A stretch of DNA of 64,000 nt, taken from positions 1-64,000 of the forward strand of contig NIVC01003779.1 in the NCBI GenBank assembly GCA_002269645.1, written 5' to 3'. This document shows positions 43,801 to 55,800 of this stretch, one piece after another (within the stretch, counting starts at the first letter, position 1; every line of letters starts with the position of its first letter). Source of the stretch: Macrostomum lignano (Eukaryota). A program made the translations under genes and the position numbers. The notes under the pieces were generated by a model, which was not told where the DNA came from, made no database searches, and worked only from the letters and a program-made list of their open reading frames with translations.

Positions 43801-46800
43801 CCAATCTCACTAGACTAGATACCAATCTCACTAGACTAGATACCAATCTCACTAGACTAGATACCAATCTCACTAGACTAGATACCAATCTCACTAGACT
43901 AGATACCAATCTCACTGGACTAAATACCAATCTCACTAGACTAGATACCAATCTCACTAGACTAGATGCTAATCTCACTAGACTCGATGCCAATCTCACT
44001 AGACTCGATGCTAATCTCACTAGATTAGATACCAATCTCACTAGACTAGATGCTAATCTCACTAGACTCGATGCCAATCTCACTAGACTAGATGCTAATC
44101 TCACTAGACTAGATGCTAATCTCACTAGACTAGATATCAATATCTCTAGATTAGATACCAATCTCACCAGGTTTCAAATTCTTTAGTTTATTTATCTGCG
44201 ACTGCTTTCAGAATTTATAAAAAACATGAAACAACGGATTCGAATTAAAGTGCATCGAATCTCATGTTAAGGAAAAATTTCACATAAGGGTCAGACCAAA
44301 GCCAAAAGCAGTTTGGCTGCTTGCGTGTGGGTGGCTGCCGGGCTGCGATGCGCTGAAAGAAGATTTATGCTAAGCTGGGCCGAGACCCCACTGCAGGGCC
44401 ACCTGAACTGGGACTGAGTGAAAACCCCGTTTCATAGTTTCCACTGTCCTGGGAATCGATTTCCGCTTCCTCCTTTCCAGCCACTTTGTATCTTATTTCA
44501 CCTTTTCCTTACTCCTTTCACTTTTCACTGGCTCCTCCCTTCTCATTTCTCATCTCACCTGTTCCTCCCTTCTCATTTCTCCTCTCACCTGTTCCTCTCA
44601 CCTGTTCCTCTCACCTGTTCCTCTCACCTGTTCCTCTCACCTGTTCCTCTCACTTGTTCCCCTCACCTGTTCCTCCCTTCTCATTTCTCCTCTCACCTGT
44701 TCCCCTCACCTGTTCCTCCCTTCTCATTTCTCCTCTCACCTGTTCCTCTCACCTGTTCCTCCCTTCTCATTTCTCCTCTCACCTGTTCCCCTCATCTGTT
44801 CCTCCCTTCTCATTTCTCCTCTCACCTGTTCCTCCCTTCTCATTTCTCATCTCACCTGTTCCTCCCTTCTCATTTCTCCTCTCACATGTTCCTCCTCCCT
44901 TCACCTCATTTCACTCTCACCTGTTTCTACCTTCATGTCATTTCTCCTCTCAGCTAAGTTTCTCCCTTCATCTCTGCTCTCATCTCATACCTCAGTTCCC
45001 ATTCCTTATCTCCCGTTCGAGTTCCAACTGCCTCCCCAGACTCCGCAGTCGCCCCCGCTCACCTCAGTGGACTCCCACAGCACGCCGGTGCCCACAACGC
45101 AGATCACCATGGGCCGGTTGAGCGTCAGGTGAGCAAAGCGATACTCCATCTGGCAGTTCTTCGATGCCACGTACTGCGATTGGGGAAAAGTTTTTGCACT
45201 TTTAGCTTCAGAAAGCATTGCGGATGATTTTGCAAGCGATATTTTTTGCGCTAATAGGGGCTGCATAAATTCAAAGTGAGCTGCAGAGATTCACAGTGAG
45301 CTGCAGAGATTCACAGTGAGCTGCAGAGATTCACAGTGATCTGCAGAGATTCACAGTGATCTGCAGAGATTCACAGTGATCTGCAGAGATTCACAGTGAT
45401 CTGCAGAGATTCACAGTGAGCTGCAGAGATTCACAGTGATCTGCAGAGATTCACAGTGATCTGCAGAGATTCACAGTGATCTGCAGAGATTCACAGTGAG
45501 CTGCAGAGATTCACAATGATCTGCAGAGATTCACAGTGAGCTCTAGAGATTCACAGTGAGCTGCAAATATTTAGAGTGGAATAATACGCTCGTAATCAAT
45601 AGCACGCATTCTAATGCCCAGTCGCGATCAGTTCTCACCTCATCGGAGAGGCAGGCCACCACCAGCTTGCAGGCCTTGAGTCCCTGGCAGAGGTCCTCAA
45701 ACATGCCGTTCTCGCCCAGCCGTTCGATGTCAATCCAGCAGGAAAGGCCGCCGGCTTCCTCCAGGTGCTTCTTGAGTTTCCGGGGATCGCCGAACCCGAT
45801 GGAGCGGCTGGTGGCCTTGCCGTGGCCTGCCTTGACCGCCTCCTGCGAGTTCGCCCAGCAGTAGCTGATGAACACGTCTGCGCGCCCGCTGACCCGCTGC
45901 GGGTGAGGTGCGCGATGGGTTGCGATGTGTGTGATGAGTTGTGTGAGGTGTGCGACGGGCTATGTGAGGTGTGATTGGTTGTTTGAGGTGCGCGATAGGT
46001 TGCGATGTGTGTGATGAGTTGTGTGAGGTGTGCGACGGGCTATGTGAGGTGTGATTGGTTGTTTGAGGTGCGCGATGGGTTGCGATGTGTGTGATGAGTT
46101 GTGTGAGGTGTGCGACGGGCTATGTGAGGTGTGATTGGTTGTTTGAGGTGCGCGATGGGTTGCGATGTGTGTGATGAGTTGTGTGAGGTGTGCGACGGGC
46201 TATGTGAGGTGTGATTGGTTGTTTGAGGTGCGCGATGGGTTGCGATGTGTGTGATGAGTTGTGTGAGGTGTGCGACGGGCTATGTGAGGTGTGATTGGTT
46301 GTTTGAGGTGCGTCATGGTTTGTTTGAGGTGTGTGTGATAGGTTTTGAGGTGTGTGTGTGTGATGGGTTTTGAGGTGTGTGTGATGGGTTTTGAGGTGTG
46401 TGATGGGTTTTGAGGTGTGTGTGATGGGTTTTGAGGTGTGTGATGGGTTTTGAGGTGTGTGTGATGGGTTTTGAGGTGTGTGATGGGTTTTGAGGTGTGT
46501 GTGATGGGTTTTGAGGTGTGTGATGGGTTTTGAGATGTGTGATGGGTTTTGAGGTGTGTGTGATGGATTTTGAGGTGTGTGATGGGTTTTGAGGTGTGTG
46601 ATGGGTTTTGAGGTGTGTGGTGGGTTTTGAGGTGATGAGGTGATGGGTTGTGTGAGGTGTGTGATGGGTTGTGTGAGGTGTGTGATGGGTTGTGTGAGGT
46701 GTGTGATGAATTTTGAGAACTGTGTGAGGTATTGTGCGAGTCACGTACTTCATTGTGTCAGGTGCATGGACTGTAAGGTGTTATTGACTGTGCCGTTTGC

Positions 46801-49800
46801 AATGAACGGCATGCACAAGAAGGTGACCAGGGAACTCTTACTCAGGGATTAGTTTGGATCAAGACTCAACACTTTGGCATCAGCGCACACATTATTATTC
46901 CCAAAGTCGCGAAGTCTCTCATTACCACCTAGGCTTGGGATCTCCTTCAACAAAAATGCACGGATGCGGAGCAGTGCAATTATGCCAGCAATTTCGACAG
47001 CGTCATCCGCATCTTACCGCTCGGATAAGAATCTGATTAATTAGGCGGCAAACACCTCTCCCAGGGGGTGCACTGACCCGCAGATTTTAATAACAATTGC
47101 TAGTAAAACACTGGCTTATAAAAATAAGCCAGTAATATTTTAAAAGTACATCCAGCAGTGTTGTCGAGCTTGCTCATGCTTTTATAATTAGCTCGAAGAA
47201 AGTTTGGCAGCAAAAGCGGAATCAGAACAGGCGGTCAGGCTGACGCAAATCTCCCATGAAGTTGGCGGCTCCCTTTGACCTGAGGAGAACCGCATGATTC
47301 AATCAGACAGAAAGGACGAATTCCCTAATTTCAAGTCCTTAATCCCATCTGAGCCATAAGCCGTCCAGAGCCTTGGTACAGTGCTTCGTTCATTTTCATT
47401 AGCCTATTGTGCGTGGTGCATTATGGATGAGCTGCAAAAGCAATACGACAGTTTGATGTCAGCCTTGAGACTTCAAACAGCTTTAAAGGATTTAAAACTG
47501 GATTTTGAGCCGCTGCCAAATCCGACAGATTAAAGTGCCCAGCTGTTGTCTGGGAGCCCGGCCATTGGCTGTGAAGGACAAGCGAGCCGGGGGCGGATTG
47601 GCGGAGGCTGAGGCTTCGCTGAAGTGGATGACTAGAAAAATCCATCAGGGCGGAGAGCCGAGAAGGCCAACCAGCGGACTACTCAGGTTCGATTCTCAGC
47701 TCCCAGTTCAGTTCAGTGAGAATCAGCTCAGCTCAGCAGCGATGCTCGCCTATGTGGCTGTCAACGGCAGCTGCCTGAACGACTCCGGCAGCTCGGAAGG
47801 CCCCGCTGGCGGCGCCGCCAACGTCTATTTGTACATCGCTTGCGTTCTGAGCTACCTGAACGCCCTGACCAACGGTTTCTCCCTCATAGTGTTCATTCTG
47901 GACAAGAAAAATGTCATCATGGGCCGCCTGCTGCTGCTGCTGTCCCTGTCGGAGACTGTGCTGAACATCGGCTTCGCTGTCAACCTCACCGTCATGCTGA
48001 CCGTGATGGCCGACGCCGGCCGCCAGGCCTTCGACAGCCCCCTGCGCCCGCAGATGATCACCTGCGCGTTCTTCCTGTCGTTCGCCATCGCCAACGCCTT
48101 CATCATGGTGCGCAACTGGAGTCTGGTGATGATCGCCGGCAGCCGCTGCGAGGTGGTCAGCAACCCGTTCAGCACCCGGCGTGGCCAGCTGTTCAGCCAC
48201 AGGCGCAGCCAGGCCTGCTACGCCCTGACGCTCATCCTGTCGCTGCTGGTGTGCGCGCCCCGGCTGTTTGAGTTCACCTGGACAATTTGCGAGTACCCGG
48301 CTGAGAACAACTCAACCGAGACAACCGTCTACAGCCTGACAACGGCTACGCACCACATCCTGGACAAGAATCCGTCCTACAGGCACTACAAAACTCTGCT
48401 GGTGTTCCCGCTGCAGACCATCGCCCCGATATTCCTCATCAGCGGCCTGTCGCTGGTGATCATCTTCATCCTGCGCAGGCGCCGACTGCTGCAGCAGAAC
48501 AGCGGCGGCAGCGCTGGAAGCGGCAGTGGCCGCGGCGGCGGCGGCGCCAGCGGCAGCGGCAGCCGCAGCCAGGACGCGGCGACCAAGACCGTCATGATTC
48601 TGATGTTCTCGTTCATCATCTGCGAGCTGCCGACCTTTCTGTTCTTCATTCTGAACCAGACCATCTTCGCCTCGATGCGAGGCTTCAACCAGATCCGCAT
48701 GCACACCACCTTCTTGGCCAACATCCTGTTGAGCGCGGACAGCTTCACCAACTTCATCATCTACAGCAGCACCAGCAACACCTTCAGGGAGACGGTGAGG
48801 CGGATGCTGCACCTGCCAGACAGACGCCAGGGCCGCAGCAACAACTACAACTACTACAACAACCACCTGCAGAACAACAACTACAGCATGCTGAGCAGGG
48901 AGGCCAACGCGCTGAGGCGGGCGGAGGCCGCGGCGGCGGCCACCGCTGCCCCATCGCATATCGAGGATGCCGCTCTGGCTCCGCTGAAGTGGCACCCAGG
49001 CGGTGCTGACTGAGCCGAGCCGGAGAACCGAATCTTGCCGAATCTGAAGTCACTGAATCTTCTGTAGCAAAAGCAGGCGTCTGAGTTGCCCTGCATTGGA
49101 CAATCAAAGCAAATTTCTTAACTGTATTTGTTGTGCTCATCATTGTCAATAATAAATAGTGGATTGCTTCATCTAGCGTAGCTCCCGAGTCCGCATCGTT
49201 CCTCTTTGATTGCAAGTTTTGAAACTGATTATTATTCTTACTAGTTCACCAATTTCCCTTGTTTGATAACCGCAATTTGATCACTTTTACTATATGTTGT
49301 GCTCATTTGTCGTTTCCCGCGCGCGTCATTTGACAATAAGTTTTGTCTTTTCTGTTAAAAAAACAGCAACCATGCTCTATTCTGGTAAGAAGGCCTGACT
49401 TTAGGGTCGGCTTCCCTCATTAAAGACAGAAGATCCTTTGTCCTGCGACAGCAGAAGAATACACTGCAGTGTTAATCCTCATCCTACGCCTGACTTACTG
49501 CGTTCTCAGATTTTTACTCGCGCTTATTACAGGCTATCGCATACGAGCGTATCCGGACTGCCAAGCCGCAACCGCCCGAACTCTGCTAAGCTCAGCAGCT
49601 TGTTGCTGCCGCTAAAAGGCTAATGAGAGCCTGCCGGGCCAGCAGGGATGCCAGTTGCGCCAGAGCTGTCCGACAAACACCCACATGGCTGATTTTACGA
49701 GCGCATTTGTTTCGTCCCAGTTGAAGGATCGGTCTGAGAGGCTGCGCTAAGCTCGCCTGTCTCCGCCGTCTGGTCGGCGGATTCTCCCCGAGATTGGGGG

Positions 49801-52800
49801 GATTTGTGGGATTCCGGTTGCCCGCGAAGTACTATGCTGCTCATGCAAGCCTGAGGCAGCTGGCGCTGACACATAAAAAAAAGCTGGCAATCTTCTGCAC
49901 GCACCATTTCATAGTTGGCGAGTTGCAGTTATGCTTAGCAAAAAACATTCACTAGAGAGTCAGGCGCGGCAAACACAACACACTCGCACATGGTTGCAGG
50001 AAATCAGGCAGGCAATTCAACGAGTGATCAGTTGAAACCGCCCGGCTCACCTCTCGCTTGCCGGCGCCGCTCTTCTCCCTGACGGCGGCCACCGCCTCGG
50101 CCAGCTTGGCGTCGAACTGGGCCTCGCGCTGGAAGTTGATGTACACCAGACCGGACAGGCGGGCGCCCAGCGCTGTCTGCTGCCAGTCCTTGCCGCTGCC
50201 GACCAGGCCAAGCACTAGCGGCTTCTTCAGGTGCTCAGTAGCCAGCGACAGGTACTGAGCGCAGGTGTCCGACAGCACGAACTCGTTGGATATGAGGCAC
50301 AGGCAGCAGCCTGACTGCTGCAGCAGGGCCATGCTGTCCGACAGGCTGCGCTCTTCGGATGTTGCTTCGTCCGACACGCACTGCCTGCTCGGTGTCGGGG
50401 CGGCGGGGAAGCAAAATCAGCACTGGTGCTAAAAGTACACTAGTGCTGCATCGGGCTCCATGTCGCTATCTTGATGCCTATAAGAGTCTGCCACTGAGGT
50501 GTCCAACCGCATTGTTGTAAACTAGCTTGTACTTAAAAAAGCAGTCGAGGCCAGAGACGAACGAAAGAGTCGGATTTTCCCGCGGTTGTCTTGACGGGCT
50601 TGGAAAATGCGGGGCCTCATTTTTAATCCTGACGACAGAAAATAGCCGGTCTCGGGGATGCGGCCTGGCTACGGGTGGCTACGCCCAGCACTGATTAAAG
50701 AAGCTAGCACCTTGAATCTCTTCTACTCCAAGCTTCATTATTTCAGGCCCCGGCCACTCAGCATCCGGCCAGGGTTAGTCCATCATCGGCATCATTAGAG
50801 ACTGCAGACTCTTCAACTCTGCCGCTTGCTATACTCACACAGATAAGCCGGCAGCCTCTTCAACTCTGCCGCTTGCTATACTCACACAGATAAGCCGGCA
50901 GCCTCTTCAACTCTGCCGCTTGCTATACTCACACAGATAAGCCGGCAGCCTCTTCAACTCTGCCGCTTGCTATACTCACACAGATAAGCCGGCAGCCTCT
51001 TCAACTCTGCCGCTTGCTATACTCACACAGATAAGCCGGCAGCCTCTTCAACTCTGCCGCTTGCTATACTCACACAGATAAGCTGGCAGCTTCAACTCTG
51101 CCGCTTGCTATACTCACACAGATAAGCCGGCAGCTTCTTCAACTCTGCCGCTTGCTATACTCACACAGATAAGCCGGCAGCTTCTTCAACTCTGCCGCTT
51201 GCTATACTCACACAGATAAGCCGGCAGTCTCCAAGCCAGCCTGGATCTTCTCTATGATGTCCCCGCCGCCGCCGCTCTTGTTGGCGCAGCAGAAGATGAG
51301 GGTGACGTCGTGCACGAGGTCCAGCCGGGCCGCTGACAGGTCGTTCACTGAGCGCTCAAAGTGCAGCTCAAAGTCGGCGGGCGATTCGGGCGGCATCACA
51401 GCTGGGAGACGGGAGTGAGGAGGGCGAATGAGTTTAGCGTGCAACGAGGCAGAAGGTTAAACCGTTTTTGCCTCGCCCCACTTTCTACTATTCATTAAGC
51501 CTGGCTACATAAGTCCGCCTCTGCGCCGCTTCCTGAGATTGGCGATCGGCTTTCCCGTGCGTTTCCCCCAGCTGTCCCGCAGACTGTTATTAGATAGTCG
51601 CTGAGCCATGTGCCTGTCGCTTTGTGGAGCAATGCCAGGCTATTCTACATGACTGACGCATCTGAGCTGCTTGCCTTATTCAATTATGGCCTTCTATTCC
51701 CTACGGTCAGCATAATCCTGCTGAAGTTTCTGCCTGTCACTCATGGGTGTCCAGCCCCTCTGTGTGCACTGTGGACTGAGTGTCTGACGGTTGTCCAGCC
51801 CCAATGCTGAGTATCTGTGTGCACTGTGGACTGAGTGTCTGACGGTTGTCCAGCCCCAATGCTGAGCCTCTGTGTACACTGTGGACTGACTGTCTGACGG
51901 TTGTCCAGCCCCAATGCTGAGTATCTGTGTGCACTGTGGACTGACTGTCTGACGGTTGTCCAGCCCCAATGCTGAGTATCTGTGTGCACTGTGGACTGAG
52001 TGTCTGACGGTTGTCCAGCCCCAATGCTGAGTATCTGTGTGCACTGTGGACTGAGTGTCTGACGGTTGTCCAGCCCCAATGCTGAGTATCTGTGTGCACT
52101 GTGGACTGAGTGTCTGACGGTTGTCCAGCCCCAATGCTGAGCCTCTGTGTACACTGTGGACTGAGTGTCTGACGGTTGTCCAGCCCCAATGCTGAGTATC
52201 TGTGTGCACTGTGGACTGACTGTCTGACGGTTGTCCAGCCCCAATGCTGAGTATCTGTGTGCACTGTGGACTGACTGTCTGACGGTTGTCCAGCCCCAAT
52301 GCTGAGTATCTGTGTGCACTGTGGACTGACTGTCTGACGGTTGTCCAGCCCCAATGCTGAGCCTCTGTGTGCACTGTGGACTGAGTGTCTGACGGTTGTC
52401 CAGCCCCAATGCTGAGTATCTGTGTGCACTGTGGACTGACTGTCTGACGGTTGTCCAGCCCCAATGCTGAGTATCTGTGTGCACTGTGGACTGACTGTCT
52501 GACGGTTGTCCAGCCCCAATGCTGAGCCTCTGTGTGCACTGTGGACTGAGTGTCTGACGGTTGTCCAGCCCCATTGCTGAGCCTCTGTGTGCACTGTGGA
52601 CTGAGTGTCTGACGGTTGTCCAGCCCCATTGCTGAGCCTCTATAAAGCTCAAATTGCAAGAGATCGGGCGGTTTTGCAACTGAATGATAATTAGTGTTTA
52701 CGCATATTTGCTCTGTTGCTTGTTGCACCTGCTTGAGTTTTGATGCACCGAAAACTCCAGTTAGGATGCTTTGCTTCGTTATTTCGTTCGTCGCATGATA

Positions 52801-55800
52801 GAAGCGCGACTGTACCTATGCAGTCCGTCTGTGCCCACTGCACAGCGCCTAGCAACTAGTGCTTGATAGCAAAGCTTTGTTAGACTTTGTGGATATTTTT
52901 AAACCAGTATAGTACAAGAAAAAGTGGCAAAAAAGCTCCCGGTACCTTGCAGAGTGGGAATCGGCACGCAGTGGAACATGGAATGGCACTGGAGAAACAA
53001 GGCCCGCATCTCGATGGCCCTGCGCAGCACCTGGCTGCTGAACATGGCCGGCTCTTGGATTTTCTGAAATTAAAAAAGCACACAGGTTGATCAGTTTAAC
53101 CCAAGCGTGCCGGCATGCCACGGCATTCGCTCACCTGTCTGACGCAGTCAATGCACGGCACCTCGTACACGTAGGAGACCCCGCCGAACGCCTCGGCGAT
53201 GAGGCCTTCAAACACTTCGTGTATCAGCATCAGCATGTTCTCGGGAGACGAGCCCTGCACCTTCACTATCACTGTGCGTTCCCTGTGAAATGAAAAACGG
53301 GCGATTAGGGAAAATATTTTTGATAATTTTCTCTCGCAACAAAAAGGCAGCAGGCTGGTATTGGGCACCCAGACGCACCCCTTCTTGACCATGAGGGCCC
53401 GGTGGTCGCCCTTGCACAGCAGGGATCCCCGCTGCCAGATCACCAGGTCGTCGGAGAACTGGCACAATCGCACCTGGGCCCTGTTGAACAGACCAGCCGG
53501 CAGGTAGTCGAAGGTGTACTTCATCTTGGCCTCCTGGATGTCGCCGAGCGCGGTGACGTCGTCCCAATCGAACTGGGGCTTCTTCTGCGGCAGCAGGCAG
53601 GGCACAACGCTGACACCGGAGTCGGTGAGCGGGAAAGTCAAGTCGAAAGTCTCCGTCAGGGTGAGGAGCCAATCGTGCAGCTGGGCCGGGTAGTCCTTCC
53701 AGATGGTGTGGATGTCTTCGTGCTTGAACCGGCCCTCCTGCGGGTTGGTGTAGGTAACCCTGGTTGGATCCCCGTACCCGGCCAGGCATTGACGCGCTTG
53801 TATGTCCTCATTGCTGTAGCCTAGAGGTTAGAGCGTCGGACTCGCAACTAGAAGGTTGGGGGTTCGATTCCCGATCCCATTGGAACAATTTGTGTCCTTG
53901 AGCAAGACACTTTTACTCTGCATTGCTTCAGTTCACCCAACTGTAAAATGGGTGCCAGCATTACATAAGGTGTGTGCGGCAACCCCCAGTCCTTTGACTG
54001 AACAGCCGTATGCAGCTTTCAGATGCGCCGCGCAATAGCTGCGGCTGAGCTGTCGGTTGCACAACTGGCCCAATTGGGCCAGCTCATTCCTCGCCTGTAG
54101 TGGGAAGATGTTACCAAAGGCGAAACGCACTTTTCTCCACTGATATTCCAACACTGAATAAGGTAGAGAATTGGAGAATTCGGTTGGAGTGGCGCATTTC
54201 GCGCCAATTCAAACGCAGTCTTCTGAGTTCAGAAATCCGGAGGACGGATATGACAGGAGAAAGAGGCTTGGGGGGAGAAGGGCGCCGCTTCCTTGAGTCT
54301 AACCTGGAATCAACATCAGGCCAGCTGCTTGAAATTCCAAAACCAAAGCGCTTACGGGACTAAAAAGGCAGGGAGGGCACGGATGAGGGAAGTGAAATGA
54401 GAGGAGAAAGTCCGGACGTTTGTTTGTCATCCAGTTGGGGAGCCCGTGCTGCTCCTGTTCCCACGGTCGCCGCTCCCAGACTCAATTTCCTCTATGCTGA
54501 ACAGGTGCCTCAAGACCGCCCCAACTTATAGAAGTTCGATCCCATGAACAAAATGCTTTTCGTGAAATTCACAGTATTCACGAACACGCCCGACCATCAG
54601 ACAATCAGGGCTGCTGTGCATCCTGATTGAGTGTTAACAGCTACTCGACTTTGTGCTCAAGGCTCAACAGCTACTCGGTTTTGTGCTCAAGGCTCAACAG
54701 CTACTCGGTTTTGTGCTCAAGGCTCAACAGCTACTCGACTTTGTGCTCAATGGTCAACAGCTACTCGGTTTTGTGCTCAATGGTCAACAGCTACTCGACT
54801 TTGTGCTCAATGGTCAACAGCTACTCGGTTTTGTGCTCAAGGCTCAACAGCTACTCGACTTTGTGCTCAAGGCTCAACAGCTACTCGGTTTTGTGCTCAA
54901 GGCTCAACAGCTACTCGACTTTGTGCTCAATGGTCAACAGCTACTCGACTTAGTGCTCAAGGCTCAACAGCTACTCGACTTTGTGCTCAATGGTCAACAG
55001 CTACTCGACTTTGTGCTCAAGGCTCAACAGCTACTCGACTTTGTGCTCAATGGTCAACAGCTACTCGGTTTTGTGCTCAAGGCTCAACAGCTACTCGACT
55101 TTGTGCTCAATGGTCAACAGCTACTCGACTTAGTGCTCAAGGCTCAACAGCTACTCGACTTTGTGCTCAATGGTCAACAGCTACTCGACTTTGTGCTCAA
55201 GGCTCAACAGCTACTCGACTTTGTGCTCAATGGTCAACAGCTACTCGACTTTGTGCTCAAGGCAGCTACTCGGTTTTGTGCTCAGTGGCCAACGACTACT
55301 GTTTCCCTTGATTTGTGGCAGGCCTCATCTTCCCCCCCCCCCACCCCATTGAAGATACGCGCACCAGCCTACCTTGATCACGTGATTGTGCACGGTGACA
55401 ACGCAAGCCATCACGTCCACCAGCCACTGCGGATTGATGATGACAATGTCGTACAGCAAGTCAGAGTCGAAGTGCTGCAGACTGCCCATGTCGTGAAGAA
55501 ACTGCACAGCTTGCGGCACCTGCCGGAATTGGAAGAATTAATCCCGCTATCAATCCCACTGTTAATCCCGCAGTTAATCCTGCTGTAAATCCCACTGTTA
55601 ATCCTGCTGTTGATCCTGCTGTTAATACCGCTGTTAATCCTGCTGTTAATCCTGCTGCTAATCCTGCTGTTAATCCTGCTGCTAACCCTGCTGTAAATCC
55701 TGCTGCTAACCCTGCTGTTAATCCTGCTGCTAATCCTGCTGTTAATCCTGCTGCTAACCCTGCTGTTAATCCTGCTGCTAACCCTGCTGTTAATCCTGCT

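Noticed and set aside
42688-44167. Heptad coiled-coil ORFs (LVRLVSS / LTRLDTN) from the 21-bp array
   Set aside because: The array has stops on both strands and lies within intron 42931-45062; the flanking TIR exons splice in phase without it.
47505-47741. 79-aa N-terminal extension of the GPCR ORF
   Set aside because: It starts at a non-ATG codon and lacks the GC3 bias seen from ATG 47742; probably 5'UTR.
53812-53885. Possible tRNA gene (also at 4680-4745 and 17976-18045)
   Set aside because: A/B boxes are present but the acceptor and anticodon stems do not pair, and the head continues into a shared SINE body.
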